Shown piece after piece: positions 27,397 to 37,080 of a DNA stretch of 64,000 nt. Below the pieces are notes generated by a model. The model was not told the origin of the DNA and did not search any database. It saw only the letters and a program-made list of their open reading frames with translations. The translations under genes were made by a program, and so were the position numbers. The stretch is from assembly GCA_963662745.2 (NCBI GenBank), contig CAXXUI010000002.1, positions 1,176,024-1,240,023 of the forward strand, given 5' to 3'. Positions within the stretch are counted from its first letter, which is position 1. Each line of letters opens with the position of its first letter. This stretch comes from Bryobacterales bacterium (GTDB lineage Bacteria > Acidobacteriota > Terriglobia > Bryobacterales > UBA6623).

Positions 27397-29401
27397 AGAA
27401 CGACGACACCTCGCCGAGATCGCGCGTGAGCCGGTAGCGGGGCAGGCTGTTGAGGAAGACGGAGCCGTACTGCTTGGTCTGGACGCGCACGTCCAGCAGG
27501 GCCAGCACGCCCCGGTCGGTAGCTTGCCGGATCAGCCGGCCGAAGCCCTGCTTGAGGGCCAACGCGGCCGTGGGGATCTGGTACTCCAGGAACGGATGGC
27601 CGCCGTGCCGCCGAATCTGCTCGACGCGCGCCGCGACCACCGGGTCGGACGGGACGGCGAACGGCAGCTTGTCGATGATCACGCAGCTGAGCTGCTCGCC
27701 CGCGACATCGACACCCTGCCAGAAGCTGAACGTGGCAAACAGCACGCAGTGCGGGGTGCTGCGGAACTCCTCCAGTAGCGCCGCGTTGGAGCCCTCCCCC
27801 TGCATCAGGCAGGTGTAGTCGGTGCTGCCAGACACCCGCGAGTGCATTTGGCGCATGTTCTTGTAGCTGGTGCAGAGCACGAAAGCGCGGCCTTCCGAGC
27901 GACGGATCAGCTCGAGGACTTGCTGCGCGGCGTGGGCTGCGAACGCCGGATGGCTCGGTTCGGGCATGTGCTGCGGGACGTAGAGCAGCGCCTGCCGCGC
28001 GTAGTCGAAGTGGCCGGGAACCAGCAGCTCGTTCGACGCTTGCAGTCCGAGCCTGCTCCGGATGTAGTCGAACTCCCCGTTCACCGCTAGGGTTGCCGAG
28101 GTGAGGATCGCGCTGCTGCCTCCCAGGTGGAACAGCTCCTCGTGCAGGATCGGGCCGACATCGATCGGAGTTGCCCGCACGGCGAGGCTCTTGGGACGCT
28201 TCTCGATCCAGTGGACGAAGTTGCCTCGGTTGTCCTCGACGAGATGCGTCAGGTACGGCTCTTTGTACGCCTCCTGTCGCGCGGCTTCGTCGAGATCGGC
28301 CAGCAGGACCCGCAAAGTCAGGGCTGCGGCTCGGGCGCGGCCCTGCAGCGGGCCGACCTCGTCGGGCTTGCCTTTCGTCGCCCTGAGCACGGACCCGAGG
28401 TCCTTGAGGCAGCTCAGCAGGTTCTGGTACTCCGCCCGGTTGCGCGTCCGGAACGCCGAACGGTCGCGGAACCGCTCGCGGGTCTGCTGGCTCGTCAGCA
28501 GGCCGGCCACCTTGTCGAAGAAGGGCTTGACCGCGTTCCGCAGACGCTTCAGCGCGCGCGTGAGGCCCGTCGAGCCGAAGCCGGCTCGGCCCGCAGCCTC
28601 TTGCACGACTCGCGCCAGGTCCAGGACTTGGGCGCTGCCGATCTGGACGCCGAAGTAGTTTCCGACGATCCGCTCGAGCTCGTGCGCCTCGTCGAACACG
28701 ACGTTCTGGTAGTCGGGGATCACGGATCCGAAGTCGTCGCGGCGCAGGGCCAGATCGGCGAAGAACAAGTAGTGATTGACCACGATCAGGTCCGCCGTCT
28801 GGGCCCGCTGGTGCATCTTCGTGAGGAAGCAGTCCCTGAAGAGATCGCATTTGCGGCCCGAGCAGGCGTCGCGCCGGGCGTCAAGGCGGGCCCAGAGGCG
28901 GCTGCCCTCGGGGAGCTCTGCCAGTTCGGCCCGGTCTCCGTGCTGAGTGTTCTCGGACCACTTGCGGATGAGCTCGAACTCGCTGAGCTGCTCGAGCCCC
29001 GCCAAGGTGGGCCGGCCTTCCATGTCGCGTAGCTTCTGCAGGCAGAGGAAGTTGTTCCGGCCTTTCATGACCGCCACGCGGACCTTCCGTCCCAGAGCTT
29101 TCTCAAGTTGTGGGATGTCCTTGCGGACCAGCTGCTCTTGCAGGTTCTTGGTGCCTGTCGACACCACGGCCGACCTGCCGGAGAGGATGAGCGGGACGAG
29201 GTAGGCCATCGTCTTGCCGGTCCCCGTCCCGGCCTCGACCACCAAATGCCGTTCCTCGCTCAGCGCGGCCGCGACGGCGGCCGCCATGTCGGACTGGCCC
29301 TGCCGGTACTCCCAGTCCGGCAGGGCGCTCGACAGCGGCCCGCCATGGTCGAAGAACGCGAGCACCGCGGCCTCCAGCTGCTGTTCGGGGGGATGCTCCA
29401 C
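27311..29401 (-). CDS. dinG: DinG/XPD-family ATP-dependent DNA helicase (Fe-S type)
   Basis: Walker A EAGTGTGKT and DEAH box VFDEAHELE. Four Cys (FLCLQK...ACSGRKCDLFRDC) are compatible with an Fe-S domain. C-terminal motifs TSATL and QGFGRLIR. The 3' end overlaps hemW by 86 bp. Confidence 0.85.
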   Translation of the reverse strand: MEHPPEQQLEAAVLAFFDHGGPLSSALPDWEYRQGQSDMAAAVAAALSEERHLVVEAGTGTGKTMAYLVPLILSGRSAVVSTGTKNLQEQLVRKDIPQLEKALGRKVRVAVMKGRNNFLCLQKLRDMEGRPTLAGLEQLSEFELIRKWSENTQHGDRAELAELPEGSRLWARLDARRDACSGRKCDLFRDCFLTKMHQRAQTADLIVVNHYLFFADLALRRDDFGSVIPDYQNVVFDEAHELERIVGNYFGVQIGSAQVLDLARVVQEAAGRAGFGSTGLTRALKRLRNAVKPFFDKVAGLLTSQQTRERFRDRSAFRTRNRAEYQNLLSCLKDLGSVLRATKGKPDEVGPLQGRARAAALTLRVLLADLDEAARQEAYKEPYLTHLVEDNRGNFVHWIEKRPKSLAVRATPIDVGPILHEELFHLGGSSAILTSATLAVNGEFDYIRSRLGLQASNELLVPGHFDYARQALLYVPQHMPEPSHPAFAAHAAQQVLELIRRSEGRAFVLCTSYKNMRQMHSRVSGSTDYTCLMQGEGSNAALLEEFRSTPHCVLFATFSFWQGVDVAGEQLSCVIIDKLPFAVPSDPVVAARVEQIRRHGGHPFLEYQIPTAALALKQGFGRLIRQATDRGVLALLDVRVQTKQYGSVFLNSLPRYRLTRDLGEVSSFFSRRRRGTSRTRPAAQRRPRRRRAARNW

Positions 29402-29414
29402 CAGCCCTCCTACC

Positions 29415-30524
29415 TTACTTGGGCCGGCGGTTCTTGGCGAGGCCGCTCAACAGCAGCTCGTAGGCGTCGGCAGCCGATTCCCAGTCGTAGCGGGCGCGCG
29501 CCTCGGCGAATGCGGCGGAGCGCCACGCGCCAAGCCGTCCGGCATTCGCCGCGTCCACTTCGTGCAGCCTCCCGAGCAGCGAGCCTGGGCGCGGGCTGAA
29601 GAGCAGGCCGGCTTCGCCCGCCACCTCGCGGTTCTCCGGAGTGTCGAGGCACAGCACGGCGCAGCGACGGCCCATGGCCTCCACCAGCGCGGGATGCGTG
29701 CCTCCCACCTCGGTGGCGTGGATGTAGGCCAGACAGTGCGATTGCAGCTGGCGGTACCCTTCGCCGTAGACCGCTCCCGGAAATACGATCCGGGGGTCGC
29801 CGGTCGCCTTGACCTTCCGGATGTAGCTGGCGGCGTACGGGGCGTCCCCGACCATCACCAGCTTCCTGCTTGTGCGGCTGCGCTCAAATTCCCGGACCAC
29901 CAGCTGGGCGTTGTTCTCCGGCTCGAAGCGGCTCACGTACAGGAAGTACTCCCCGGGCCGGACGCCGAAGCGGTCCAGTTCCGCCATCTCCGTGGCGGGC
30001 CCTTCCGGCGCGCCGTAGGTGATGCACGGCGTGCTGAGCCCGTGGCGGTCCCGGTAGTAGCGCTGGATGACGCGGGCATCGGTGACGACGGCGTCCGGGC
30101 ACAGGGTCGCCAGGCGCTCCGAGAGTCGGTACCAGGCTTGTCCGAGGCGCTTCCACTTGCGGCGCTTGCGCTCAAGGCCGTCCACGTTGAGAACGGTCGG
30201 GATGCCCTGCAGGCCGGGCCAGTGGGAGAAGGCGGCGTTGGCTCCGTTGCAGAGGATCGCGGCGTCAGCTCCGTCCACGATCAGGTGCAGGCAGGAGAGC
30301 AGCGTATGCACGGGAGTGTCCAAGTGCTTGGTGCGGATGGTGGGAAGCACTACCAAGCGCACGCCGCGCCACCTCTTCAGGCCCGGTCTCGCGTAGTGGG
30401 ACCGGCAGTATACGGTTACGTCGTGGCCCCGCGCGGCCAGGCGGGCCGAGATCTCCTCGGCGAACGTCTCGAATCCGCCGTAGTTCGCGGGGATCCCGCG
30501 CGTGCCCAGCAGGGCGATCCTCAT
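29415..30524 (-). CDS. Glycosyltransferase family 4 (DUF1972 N-terminus + GT1 domain)
   Basis: MRIALLGTRGIPANYGGFETFAEEISARLAARGHDVTVYC and the E-x7-E region HATEVGGTHPALVEAM. Confidence 0.85.
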   Translation of the reverse strand: MRIALLGTRGIPANYGGFETFAEEISARLAARGHDVTVYCRSHYARPGLKRWRGVRLVVLPTIRTKHLDTPVHTLLSCLHLIVDGADAAILCNGANAAFSHWPGLQGIPTVLNVDGLERKRRKWKRLGQAWYRLSERLATLCPDAVVTDARVIQRYYRDRHGLSTPCITYGAPEGPATEMAELDRFGVRPGEYFLYVSRFEPENNAQLVVREFERSRTSRKLVMVGDAPYAASYIRKVKATGDPRIVFPGAVYGEGYRQLQSHCLAYIHATEVGGTHPALVEAMGRRCAVLCLDTPENREVAGEAGLLFSPRPGSLLGRLHEVDAANAGRLGAWRSAAFAEARARYDWESAADAYELLLSGLAKNRRPK

Positions 30525-31636
30525 TGCTTTCCGCGTGCGAGGCGGTTCCGGGCACCGGAAGGCTGACGGGCCTCAGGCTCGGGCTGCGGCCGCAGCGGCG
30601 CGCCGACCGGGCGGAAGCGGAACCAGCGCGCCATGTAGGCCCTGCCGGCCCGCCGGCGGGCTTGGATGATCCTGCGCTTGCGCAGCAAGCGGGGCAGCTC
30701 GCGGATCACGTAGCCGAAGGCCGGCAGGGAGGTCCGTTCCACCAGCAGGCAGTACGCTACGATGCCGAGGTCCCGGAACGTGATCGGCAGCAAGTTCCTC
30801 AGGTACAGGCTCGGCGTGATGTTCTTGATCCGCATCAGGAACCGGTTCTTCACCGAGTGCATGTTGATGACGGGCGGCAGCTCGCTGCGCATGCCGGGAC
30901 GCAGCGCCCGCACGTGATAGGCGACCGCTTCCGGGGTGAAGACGCACCGCCAGCCCAGCAGCTGCGCGCGCCAGGCCACGTCGGCGTCCTCGCGGTAGGT
31001 GAAGAAATCCGAATCGAAGAACTCGCCGTCCACCGCGACGTCTTCGATCGCTGCGCGCCGGTAGCAGGCCGCAGCCGCGGTCGCCCCGAAGACATGCTCG
31101 AACTCGTTGTAATGGCCGTTGTAGGCCTCCAGGCAGCCGCGGTCCTTGTGCCGCAGCGTGGGCGTGAAGTACATCCCGGTGGAATCGAGCCGCTGGCGCC
31201 CTTCCAAGTCGAATCCCGGGTCCACGAGCAGCAGCTTGCCGCAAACCGAGCCGGCCAGTGGGTCGATGGCCGCGGCCCGCATGAGGCTCGTCACGAAGCT
31301 GGACAGCAGCAGCACGTCGGGGTTGAGGGTCAGGACCCATTCCCCGCCCGAGAGGGCGATGGCTTGGTTCTGGGCCGCGGCGAATCCGATGTTGCGCTCG
31401 TTGTAGACGACTCGGCAGCGATGCTCGAACTGCTCCAGGATGTCGCAGGTGCCGTCCGTGGAGGCGTTGTCGATGACGATTACCTCGACCGGCTCGTAGA
31501 GCTGCTCCAGCACGGACTCCAAGCAGCGCCGTATGAACCGGCCGCTGTTGTAGGTCACGACGGTAACCGAGACGAGCGGCCTGGCTGGCCTGCTACCGGT
31601 ATCAGGAACCGCGCGGCGCTCGGTGCGCGTCGTCAT
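30521..31636 (-). CDS. Glycosyltransferase family 2
   Basis: VSVTVVTYNSGRFIRRCLESV...VIVIDNASTDGT...NIGFAAAQNQ. The ATG 31636 start overlaps the upstream stop (ATGA). The longer ORF-track N-terminus is out of frame with the neighbouring gene. Confidence 0.85.
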   Translation of the reverse strand: MTTRTERRAVPDTGSRPARPLVSVTVVTYNSGRFIRRCLESVLEQLYEPVEVIVIDNASTDGTCDILEQFEHRCRVVYNERNIGFAAAQNQAIALSGGEWVLTLNPDVLLLSSFVTSLMRAAAIDPLAGSVCGKLLLVDPGFDLEGRQRLDSTGMYFTPTLRHKDRGCLEAYNGHYNEFEHVFGATAAAACYRRAAIEDVAVDGEFFDSDFFTYREDADVAWRAQLLGWRCVFTPEAVAYHVRALRPGMRSELPPVINMHSVKNRFLMRIKNITPSLYLRNLLPITFRDLGIVAYCLLVERTSLPAFGYVIRELPRLLRKRRIIQARRRAGRAYMARWFRFRPVGAPLRPQPEPEARQPSGARNRLARGKQ

Positions 31637-32553
31637 GGGAGGGGGGCCGGATCGTCGCGGAGCACGCTGCGGCAGACCGCCCTGCAGGCTTGCGCGTCCG
31701 AGAAGCTGCCTCCACCGGCCAGGCAATAGAGTCCTCTTAGCAGCAGCCCGGCCAGAACCGCCCCACGCACCCGCCGGTACGCTCCGGGCGGGAAGTGCTT
31801 TCCGGCATAGCGCAACATCCCACCATACCAAGCCCGCTGGCGGCCCTCCGGAGACAGCGAACCCACGGAGTGCCCGCCCGCATGACGCGCCGTCGCGGCC
31901 GGGTTGAAACGGAGCCGGTAACCGGCGTCGAGGAGGCGCCGGCACAAGTCGACATCCTCGAACCAGAGCGGGTGGAAGCCCTCGTCCAGCCCTCCGACCT
32001 CCTCGAACGCGTCGCGGCGCAGCAACAGGAAGGCCCCTGCCGGCTGCTCGACCTCGCGGGCGCTCCCGTGATCCAAGTTCAGCATGCGGTAGCGCCGGTT
32101 GACCGGATTCGAAGGCCACGCCCGGTTGATGCCCAGCGCTTCAAAGGCCAGCGATCGCGGCGTGGGCAGGCGCCGGCAGAAGAAGCCCGTCTGCGGGGAG
32201 CCGTCGGCGGAGACCAGCAGGCCTCCCGAACCGGCCACGCCCTCGCCCCGGCAATCGTGCACCAGCGCGTCGAGGCCGGTCAGCAGCTCGCAGTCTGGAT
32301 TCAGCAGCAGGATGTGTTCGGCGGCAGTGGCGGCCGCGCCTTGGTTCACCGCCGCTGCGAACCCGCGATTGACGGGGTTGTCGATCCATCTCACCTCCGG
32401 ATGGCGGCGGCGCAGAGCCGCCGGCGCGGGGCGCTGGCTGCCGTTGTCCACTACTACGGTCTCGGCCGCCTCGCAGCGGAGCGCCGCTAAGCAGGCCGGC
32501 AGGTGGTCGCCCGACTCGTAGGAGACGATGACGGCCGCGACGGGGTGTCTCAC
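31633..32553 (-). CDS. Glycosyltransferase family 2
   Basis: VAAVIVSYESGDHLPACLAAL...VVVDNGS...NRGFAAAVNQG. The GTG 32553 start overlaps the upstream stop (GTGA). Confidence 0.8.
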   Translation of the reverse strand: MRHPVAAVIVSYESGDHLPACLAALRCEAAETVVVDNGSQRPAPAALRRRHPEVRWIDNPVNRGFAAAVNQGAAATAAEHILLLNPDCELLTGLDALVHDCRGEGVAGSGGLLVSADGSPQTGFFCRRLPTPRSLAFEALGINRAWPSNPVNRRYRMLNLDHGSAREVEQPAGAFLLLRRDAFEEVGGLDEGFHPLWFEDVDLCRRLLDAGYRLRFNPAATARHAGGHSVGSLSPEGRQRAWYGGMLRYAGKHFPPGAYRRVRGAVLAGLLLRGLYCLAGGGSFSDAQACRAVCRSVLRDDPAPLP

Positions 32554-33596
32554 GGCGATTGCTCCGGGCCGCTGCCACCGAGCAGGAAGTACCACCGCCA
32601 ATAGGTGTCCCAGCCGGTCTCGGCCTGCAGCGCCGCGATCTCGCGTTCGCTGGCCCGCAGGGCCGCCGCGAGACGTTCCTCTCCGGGGCGGGTCTCCGGG
32701 CGCCACTGGTTCCGGCAGTCGGCGAGGCCTGCGGCTGCCCCCCGCAGCCAGGCCTTGATCCGGCCGCGCTTCACGGCTTGGGCCAGCCAGAGGGCTTGAG
32801 CGGCAGCGACCCGCCATCCGAATTCCAGCAGCATGCGCTGCGAGAAGTGCTTGGCCAGCAGCAGCCACTGGTGGTGCGTGATCCAGCCCACCATCGCATC
32901 GCTCCACGGACCGGCCGTGGCGCTGCCGCGGTGCCAAGCGCGCGCCTGGGGCCAGTAGGCGCCGACCAGGCCGTTTGCAGCGGCCCGCATGCCGAGTTCG
33001 GCGTCCTCGAGGTAGGCGAAGAACTCCTCGTCGAACAGCCCGGCGAGCTCGAAGAAGCGGCGTCGGAAGAGGCAGGCCGTTGCCGAAGGGAAGAAGGTGG
33101 CGCGCGGCGCGTCGAAACGGGGCCCGTCCCGCCGCCCGTGCCCCAGACGCCAAGCGGATCCTCCGCAGCACACTCCGTCGCCCGCTCCGTCGATCACGTC
33201 CCGGCGCGCGGCGTCGCAGATCTTCCCGGTCACGTACCACGCGCCCGTAGCGGCGGCGCCATCCAGTGCGCGTGCCAGCCAGTGCGGGTCCAGCTCCACA
33301 TCATTGTTGAGCAGAGCGATCCATTCTCCGGAAGTCGCCTCGATGCCGCGATTCAAGGCCGCGCTGACGCCGCGGTTGGCTCGGAGGGCGAGGGTGCGCG
33401 CCCCCAGGCCGTGCGCCACCTCGAGCGAGCCGTCGGACGATCCGTTGTCAACGACCAGCGCTTGGAGCCGGACCTCCGGCGGCAGTCGCTGGGCGCGCAG
33501 CGAGTCCAGCACGGAGGCCAGCAGCTCCGCGCCGTTCCAATTGGGGATCACCGCCGAGACGGTGACTGTGCCCCGCGCCGAACCCTCGCCGGCCAA
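32550..33596 (-). CDS. Glycosyltransferase family 2 (first gene of the GT operon)
   Basis: VSAVIPNWNGAELLASVLDSL...LVVDNGSSDGS...NRGVSAALNRG. Confidence 0.85.
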   Translation of the reverse strand: MAGEGSARGTVTVSAVIPNWNGAELLASVLDSLRAQRLPPEVRLQALVVDNGSSDGSLEVAHGLGARTLALRANRGVSAALNRGIEATSGEWIALLNNDVELDPHWLARALDGAAATGAWYVTGKICDAARRDVIDGAGDGVCCGGSAWRLGHGRRDGPRFDAPRATFFPSATACLFRRRFFELAGLFDEEFFAYLEDAELGMRAAANGLVGAYWPQARAWHRGSATAGPWSDAMVGWITHHQWLLLAKHFSQRMLLEFGWRVAAAQALWLAQAVKRGRIKAWLRGAAAGLADCRNQWRPETRPGEERLAAALRASEREIAALQAETGWDTYWRWYFLLGGSGPEQSP

Positions 33597-33655
33597 CCCC
33601 CCTACACTATCGGAAAGGCGGTGGTCAGCGCTGTCGCGCGCCCGCCCGAGTCAGC

Positions 33656-34909
33656 ATGGCTGCTTGTTTGGACCCGCGCTGGGTGCGCTCTCAGTTCCCC
33701 GCTCTGGACCGGGAGCGGCCCGGAGTCGGCTGGCCGGAAGTCTTCTTCGACGGCCCGGGGGGCACCCAAGTCCCCCAGCGGGTGATCGACGCCGTGTCAT
33801 CCTACCTGGCCGGCTCTAACTCCAATCTGCACGGGGCCTTCCGCACCAGCCGAGAGACCGACCGCGTGGTCGACGGGGCGCATCGGGCGGCCGCCGACCT
33901 GCTGGGCTGCTCGTCCCGCGAGGTGGTGTTCGGAGCGAACATGACCTCGCTGACGTTCTGGCTGAGCCGGGCGCTTGCGCACGAGCTCTCCCCCGGGGAC
34001 GAGATTGTTGTCACGCGGCTCGACCACGACGCTAATCACGCTCCGTGGATCAGCTTGCAGGAGAAAGGCGCCGTGGTGCGGGAGGTGGCCTTCCGCCCGC
34101 GCGATTGCACGCTGGATCTGGAAGACTACCGAGCCAAGCTGAGTCCGCGGACCAGGCTGGTGGCTGTGGGCCACGCCTCCAACGCGGTGGGGACTATCAA
34201 TGACCTCGCCTTGATCGTGCGGGAGGCCCGCACCGTCGGGGCACGGGTGTTTGTCGACGCCGTCCATTCCGCTCCGCACCTCCCCATCGATGTCCGCGCG
34301 ATGGATTGCGACTTTCTCGCCTGCTCGGCCTACAAGTTCTTCGGGCCGCACCAAGGGATCCTCTACGGCAAGAGGGAGCATCTGGAGCGGCTCCGTGCCT
34401 TCAAGGTGAGACCGGCCGGCGACGAGCTGCCCGGACGCCTTGAGACGGGGACGCAGAATCATGAGTGCATGGCGGGCACGGCCGCCGCTGTGGACTACTT
34501 GTCCGAACTCGGGCGGCGGTGCGGCGCGGACCCGGCGGGCGGCCGCCGCGCCAGCTTGGTGGCTGCCATGGAGGCGATCTGCGACTATGAGCGCGGTCTG
34601 GCGCTGCGGATGGTGGAGGGGTTGCTCGAGGTTCCTGGATTGGAGCTGTTCGGCATCCGTGACTCCAAGCGGTTCGGGGAGCGGGCCCCAACTGCAGCTG
34701 TGCGGATGCGGGGCTTGGCGCCGAGGGAGGTGGCGGAGCGGCTGGGCGAGCAGGGGATCTTCGTCTGGGACGGGAACTTCTACGCCCTCAACGTCACCGA
34801 GGACCTGGGAGTGGAGGACGACGGCGGGCTGGTTCGCATCGGGCTGGCCCACTACAACACCGTCGGAGAAGTGGACCGGCTGCTGGCCGCCCTGCAGGCA
34901 ATGGCCTGA
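33656..34909 (+). CDS. Cysteine desulfurase-family / class V aminotransferase-fold PLP enzyme
   Basis: VDAVHSAPHLPIDV and SAYKFFGPHQG (PLP lysine), with the class V fold pattern throughout. Confidence 0.8.
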   Translation: MAACLDPRWVRSQFPALDRERPGVGWPEVFFDGPGGTQVPQRVIDAVSSYLAGSNSNLHGAFRTSRETDRVVDGAHRAAADLLGCSSREVVFGANMTSLTFWLSRALAHELSPGDEIVVTRLDHDANHAPWISLQEKGAVVREVAFRPRDCTLDLEDYRAKLSPRTRLVAVGHASNAVGTINDLALIVREARTVGARVFVDAVHSAPHLPIDVRAMDCDFLACSAYKFFGPHQGILYGKREHLERLRAFKVRPAGDELPGRLETGTQNHECMAGTAAAVDYLSELGRRCGADPAGGRRASLVAAMEAICDYERGLALRMVEGLLEVPGLELFGIRDSKRFGERAPTAAVRMRGLAPREVAERLGEQGIFVWDGNFYALNVTEDLGVEDDGGLVRIGLAHYNTVGEVDRLLAALQAMA

Positions 34910-34924
34910 CTGCAGCGTGGCCGG

Positions 34925-35713
34925 TCAGAAGTCCGGGAGGTTCCTCATCATTGAGGAGGTGTCGCCGCCCCGGGCCAGACGGGCCGAGTCGAGCACGCTG
35001 CGCGACGGATCGTGAACCGTCCCCAAGTAGCGCATTTCGGCTCGGGACCCGCCCATCAGAATCGCGATGTAGCCCCGGCTGGGGTAGTGCAGGGCTTGGA
35101 ATTGCAGCTCGTCCTCCTCCTCGCTGATCCACTGCTCAGTCTCCGGCTCGCCCAGCGCGCTGACGACCTCGAAGTACGAGGTGCTGGCTCCGAGGCTGAG
35201 GTAGCGCTGGTCCGCAGTGGTCGTGTCGGGCGCGAACAGGGATTCGAAGGGGTTGTGCAGGCCGCCCACGAATGCCGCGAAAGCGAGTGCGGCTACCAGC
35301 AAGCCGGACCCGACAGCGAGGCCGAGCACCCGCAGCAGCCGAGCGTCCGAGCCGCTCAGCAGCCTCCGGGCCGGCGGGGGAGCCGCGCGGGCCGGCGGAG
35401 GAGGCTTCCGAGGAGCCGCGCGGGCCGGCTGATCGCCGTAGGTCCCGCGGCAGGGATAGACGCCGCCGGCCTTGAACTCGAGCTCCCGCCGCAGGCCCAT
35501 GATGAGGACCGGGGACTCGGTGCTGCTTGTAGAGCCTAGGTGGCTCTTGGGGATCCACAGCTCCTGTCCGGAGGCGTTGTTTTGGACCTGCACTTCGGAC
35601 CAAGTCGACTCCAGCAGCGACCATTCGTTGTGCTCGATGCCGCGGATGGCGGGATAGAACGAGAACCGACGCCCCTTCAGCGTGTCGAGCGGTTTGGGTT
35701 CAGGATCCGGCAA
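34925..35713 (-). CDS. Hypothetical single-pass membrane protein
   Basis: 262-aa ORF with good GC3, a Pro/Ala-rich linker, then TM LRVLGLAVGSGLLVAALAFAAFVGG. No family recognised. Confidence 0.5.
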   Translation of the reverse strand: MPDPEPKPLDTLKGRRFSFYPAIRGIEHNEWSLLESTWSEVQVQNNASGQELWIPKSHLGSTSSTESPVLIMGLRRELEFKAGGVYPCRGTYGDQPARAAPRKPPPPARAAPPPARRLLSGSDARLLRVLGLAVGSGLLVAALAFAAFVGGLHNPFESLFAPDTTTADQRYLSLGASTSYFEVVSALGEPETEQWISEEEDELQFQALHYPSRGYIAILMGGSRAEMRYLGTVHDPSRSVLDSARLARGGDTSSMMRNLPDF

Positions 35714-35740
35714 GGCTGCCCTCCGGCACTCAGTATATTG

Positions 35741-36715
35741 CTATCCGAGGCGCATCTCGAGCACGCGGAACGTCTCGCCCAAGCCGAACAGGAGCGACTT
35801 GAGCTGCAGGCGCAGCTGGGCCGCCCGGCGGTCGGTAGGGGCTGCCAGCGCTCGAGAGAATCCGTCCGCCTCGCCTACCGCCAGCAGGAAGGCCTGCTGC
35901 GTCCGCAGCGGCCGGACGTCGAAGCCCAAGTCCCTGCCAGCCTCTTCCAGCGCAGTGAAGTTGACATGGGCCGTGATGTCCCGCTTGCCGGGCGAGGCCA
36001 GCACGTCAGGGTCGGCGCGGTGCCGGGAGTAGCTCATGAGTGAGCCTTGGGGGAACCGTCCGCCGCGCTCCACCTCTTGGCGCGTGTAGCCGTAGTCGAT
36101 GGCCAGCAGCCAGCCCCGCGCCAGCAGGCCGCGGATTCCGCGCAAGGCCTCCAACTGCCGCTCGACCGTCTCGATCCTTCCGCCCTCGGCGATGCGCGGC
36201 AGGCCCTGCCGCTGCCGGCTGCGCCCGGTCGGCTGCCAGACGAGGCGGCCGTCCGACTCGCCCACTCCCCACTCGATCCACTCGCCGGCGCGCCGCTCCA
36301 CGACATCGACCGGCAGGGCGTCGAAGAACTCATTGCAGAACACCAAGCCCGTTAATGGCCCGGACGGCCATCGGTCGCCGCTCTCGACGCGAGTCCACTC
36401 GAGGCCGGGGAGGCTGCGCTGGACTTCGTCAGCCGTCTCGCCGCGGCCGGCTCCCAACTCGACCACTGAGAAGTCCTGGCGCGGGCCGAGCTCGGCCCGC
36501 CAGCGCAGGATCTGCTGGGCGAGGAGCCGTCCGAACACGGGCTGCAGCTGGGAGTTGGTGAAGAAGTCGCCGCCGCGCCCGAAGGGCTTCCGGCCTCCGG
36601 CGTAGTAGCCGAGACCCGGGTGGTACAACGCCAGCTCCATGAAGCGGTGGAACGGCATTGGCCCGCTCAACCGGATTTCGCCGGTGATGATCTCGGCGAG
36701 GCTCATCCGGCCCAT
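35741..36715 (-). CDS. SAM-dependent methyltransferase, MidA/NDUFAF7 family (DUF185)
   Basis: FMELALYHPGLGYY, GDFFTNSQLQPVFG and VELGAGRG are typical of MidA. Confidence 0.85.
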   Translation of the reverse strand: MGRMSLAEIITGEIRLSGPMPFHRFMELALYHPGLGYYAGGRKPFGRGGDFFTNSQLQPVFGRLLAQQILRWRAELGPRQDFSVVELGAGRGETADEVQRSLPGLEWTRVESGDRWPSGPLTGLVFCNEFFDALPVDVVERRAGEWIEWGVGESDGRLVWQPTGRSRQRQGLPRIAEGGRIETVERQLEALRGIRGLLARGWLLAIDYGYTRQEVERGGRFPQGSLMSYSRHRADPDVLASPGKRDITAHVNFTALEEAGRDLGFDVRPLRTQQAFLLAVGEADGFSRALAAPTDRRAAQLRLQLKSLLFGLGETFRVLEMRLG

Positions 36716-37026
36716 CAGCGCCGGAGTTCGTACTCAGCGGCCGGGTTGTCGAGGTTCTGCGGGGTGTACTCGAACATCTCCACGAAGTAGTCGTGGAGAC
36801 CCTCGTAGATCATGCGCTGCAGGATCCAGCGGAACTGCGAATGCTCTAGGTCGCGGGGATGGATCTCCAAGTAGTATGTATGGATGTTGGCCGGCTTGCC
36901 CTTCAAATCGATCACCAGCTCGACCCGGCCGGCTGCGGTTTCCCGCACTCCGAATTCGAGCAGGGGGTGGGAGTATTTGGTGAGTTCAGCCCGCACTGCG
37001 GCGAGCGCTGCGGCCGCGGCCTCCAT
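36715..37026 (-). CDS. Small hypothetical protein (about 103 aa), translationally coupled to the MidA-like gene
   Basis: ATG 37026. The stop overlaps the MidA start (TGATG). Coding-like GC3. The upstream part of ORF 36715..37341 looks non-coding. Confidence 0.5.
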   Translation of the reverse strand: MEAAAAALAAVRAELTKYSHPLLEFGVRETAAGRVELVIDLKGKPANIHTYYLEIHPRDLEHSQFRWILQRMIYEGLHDYFVEMFEYTPQNLDNPAAEYELRR

Positions 37027-37080
37027 GCAAGGCAAGGATAGCAGCGCCGGCCGCCGTTCGCGCTGGCCGGGTCGGAGGGC

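Noticed and set aside
30521-33240. The long N-terminal extensions of ORFs 30521..32119 and 31633..33240 (532 and 535 aa) as genuine large glycosyltransferases.
   Set aside because: The extensions are out-of-frame overlaps of the upstream GT2 genes and give Arg/Pro/Gly-rich products. GT2 N-terminal motifs begin right after the internal starts at 31636 and 32553, which overlap the upstream stops.
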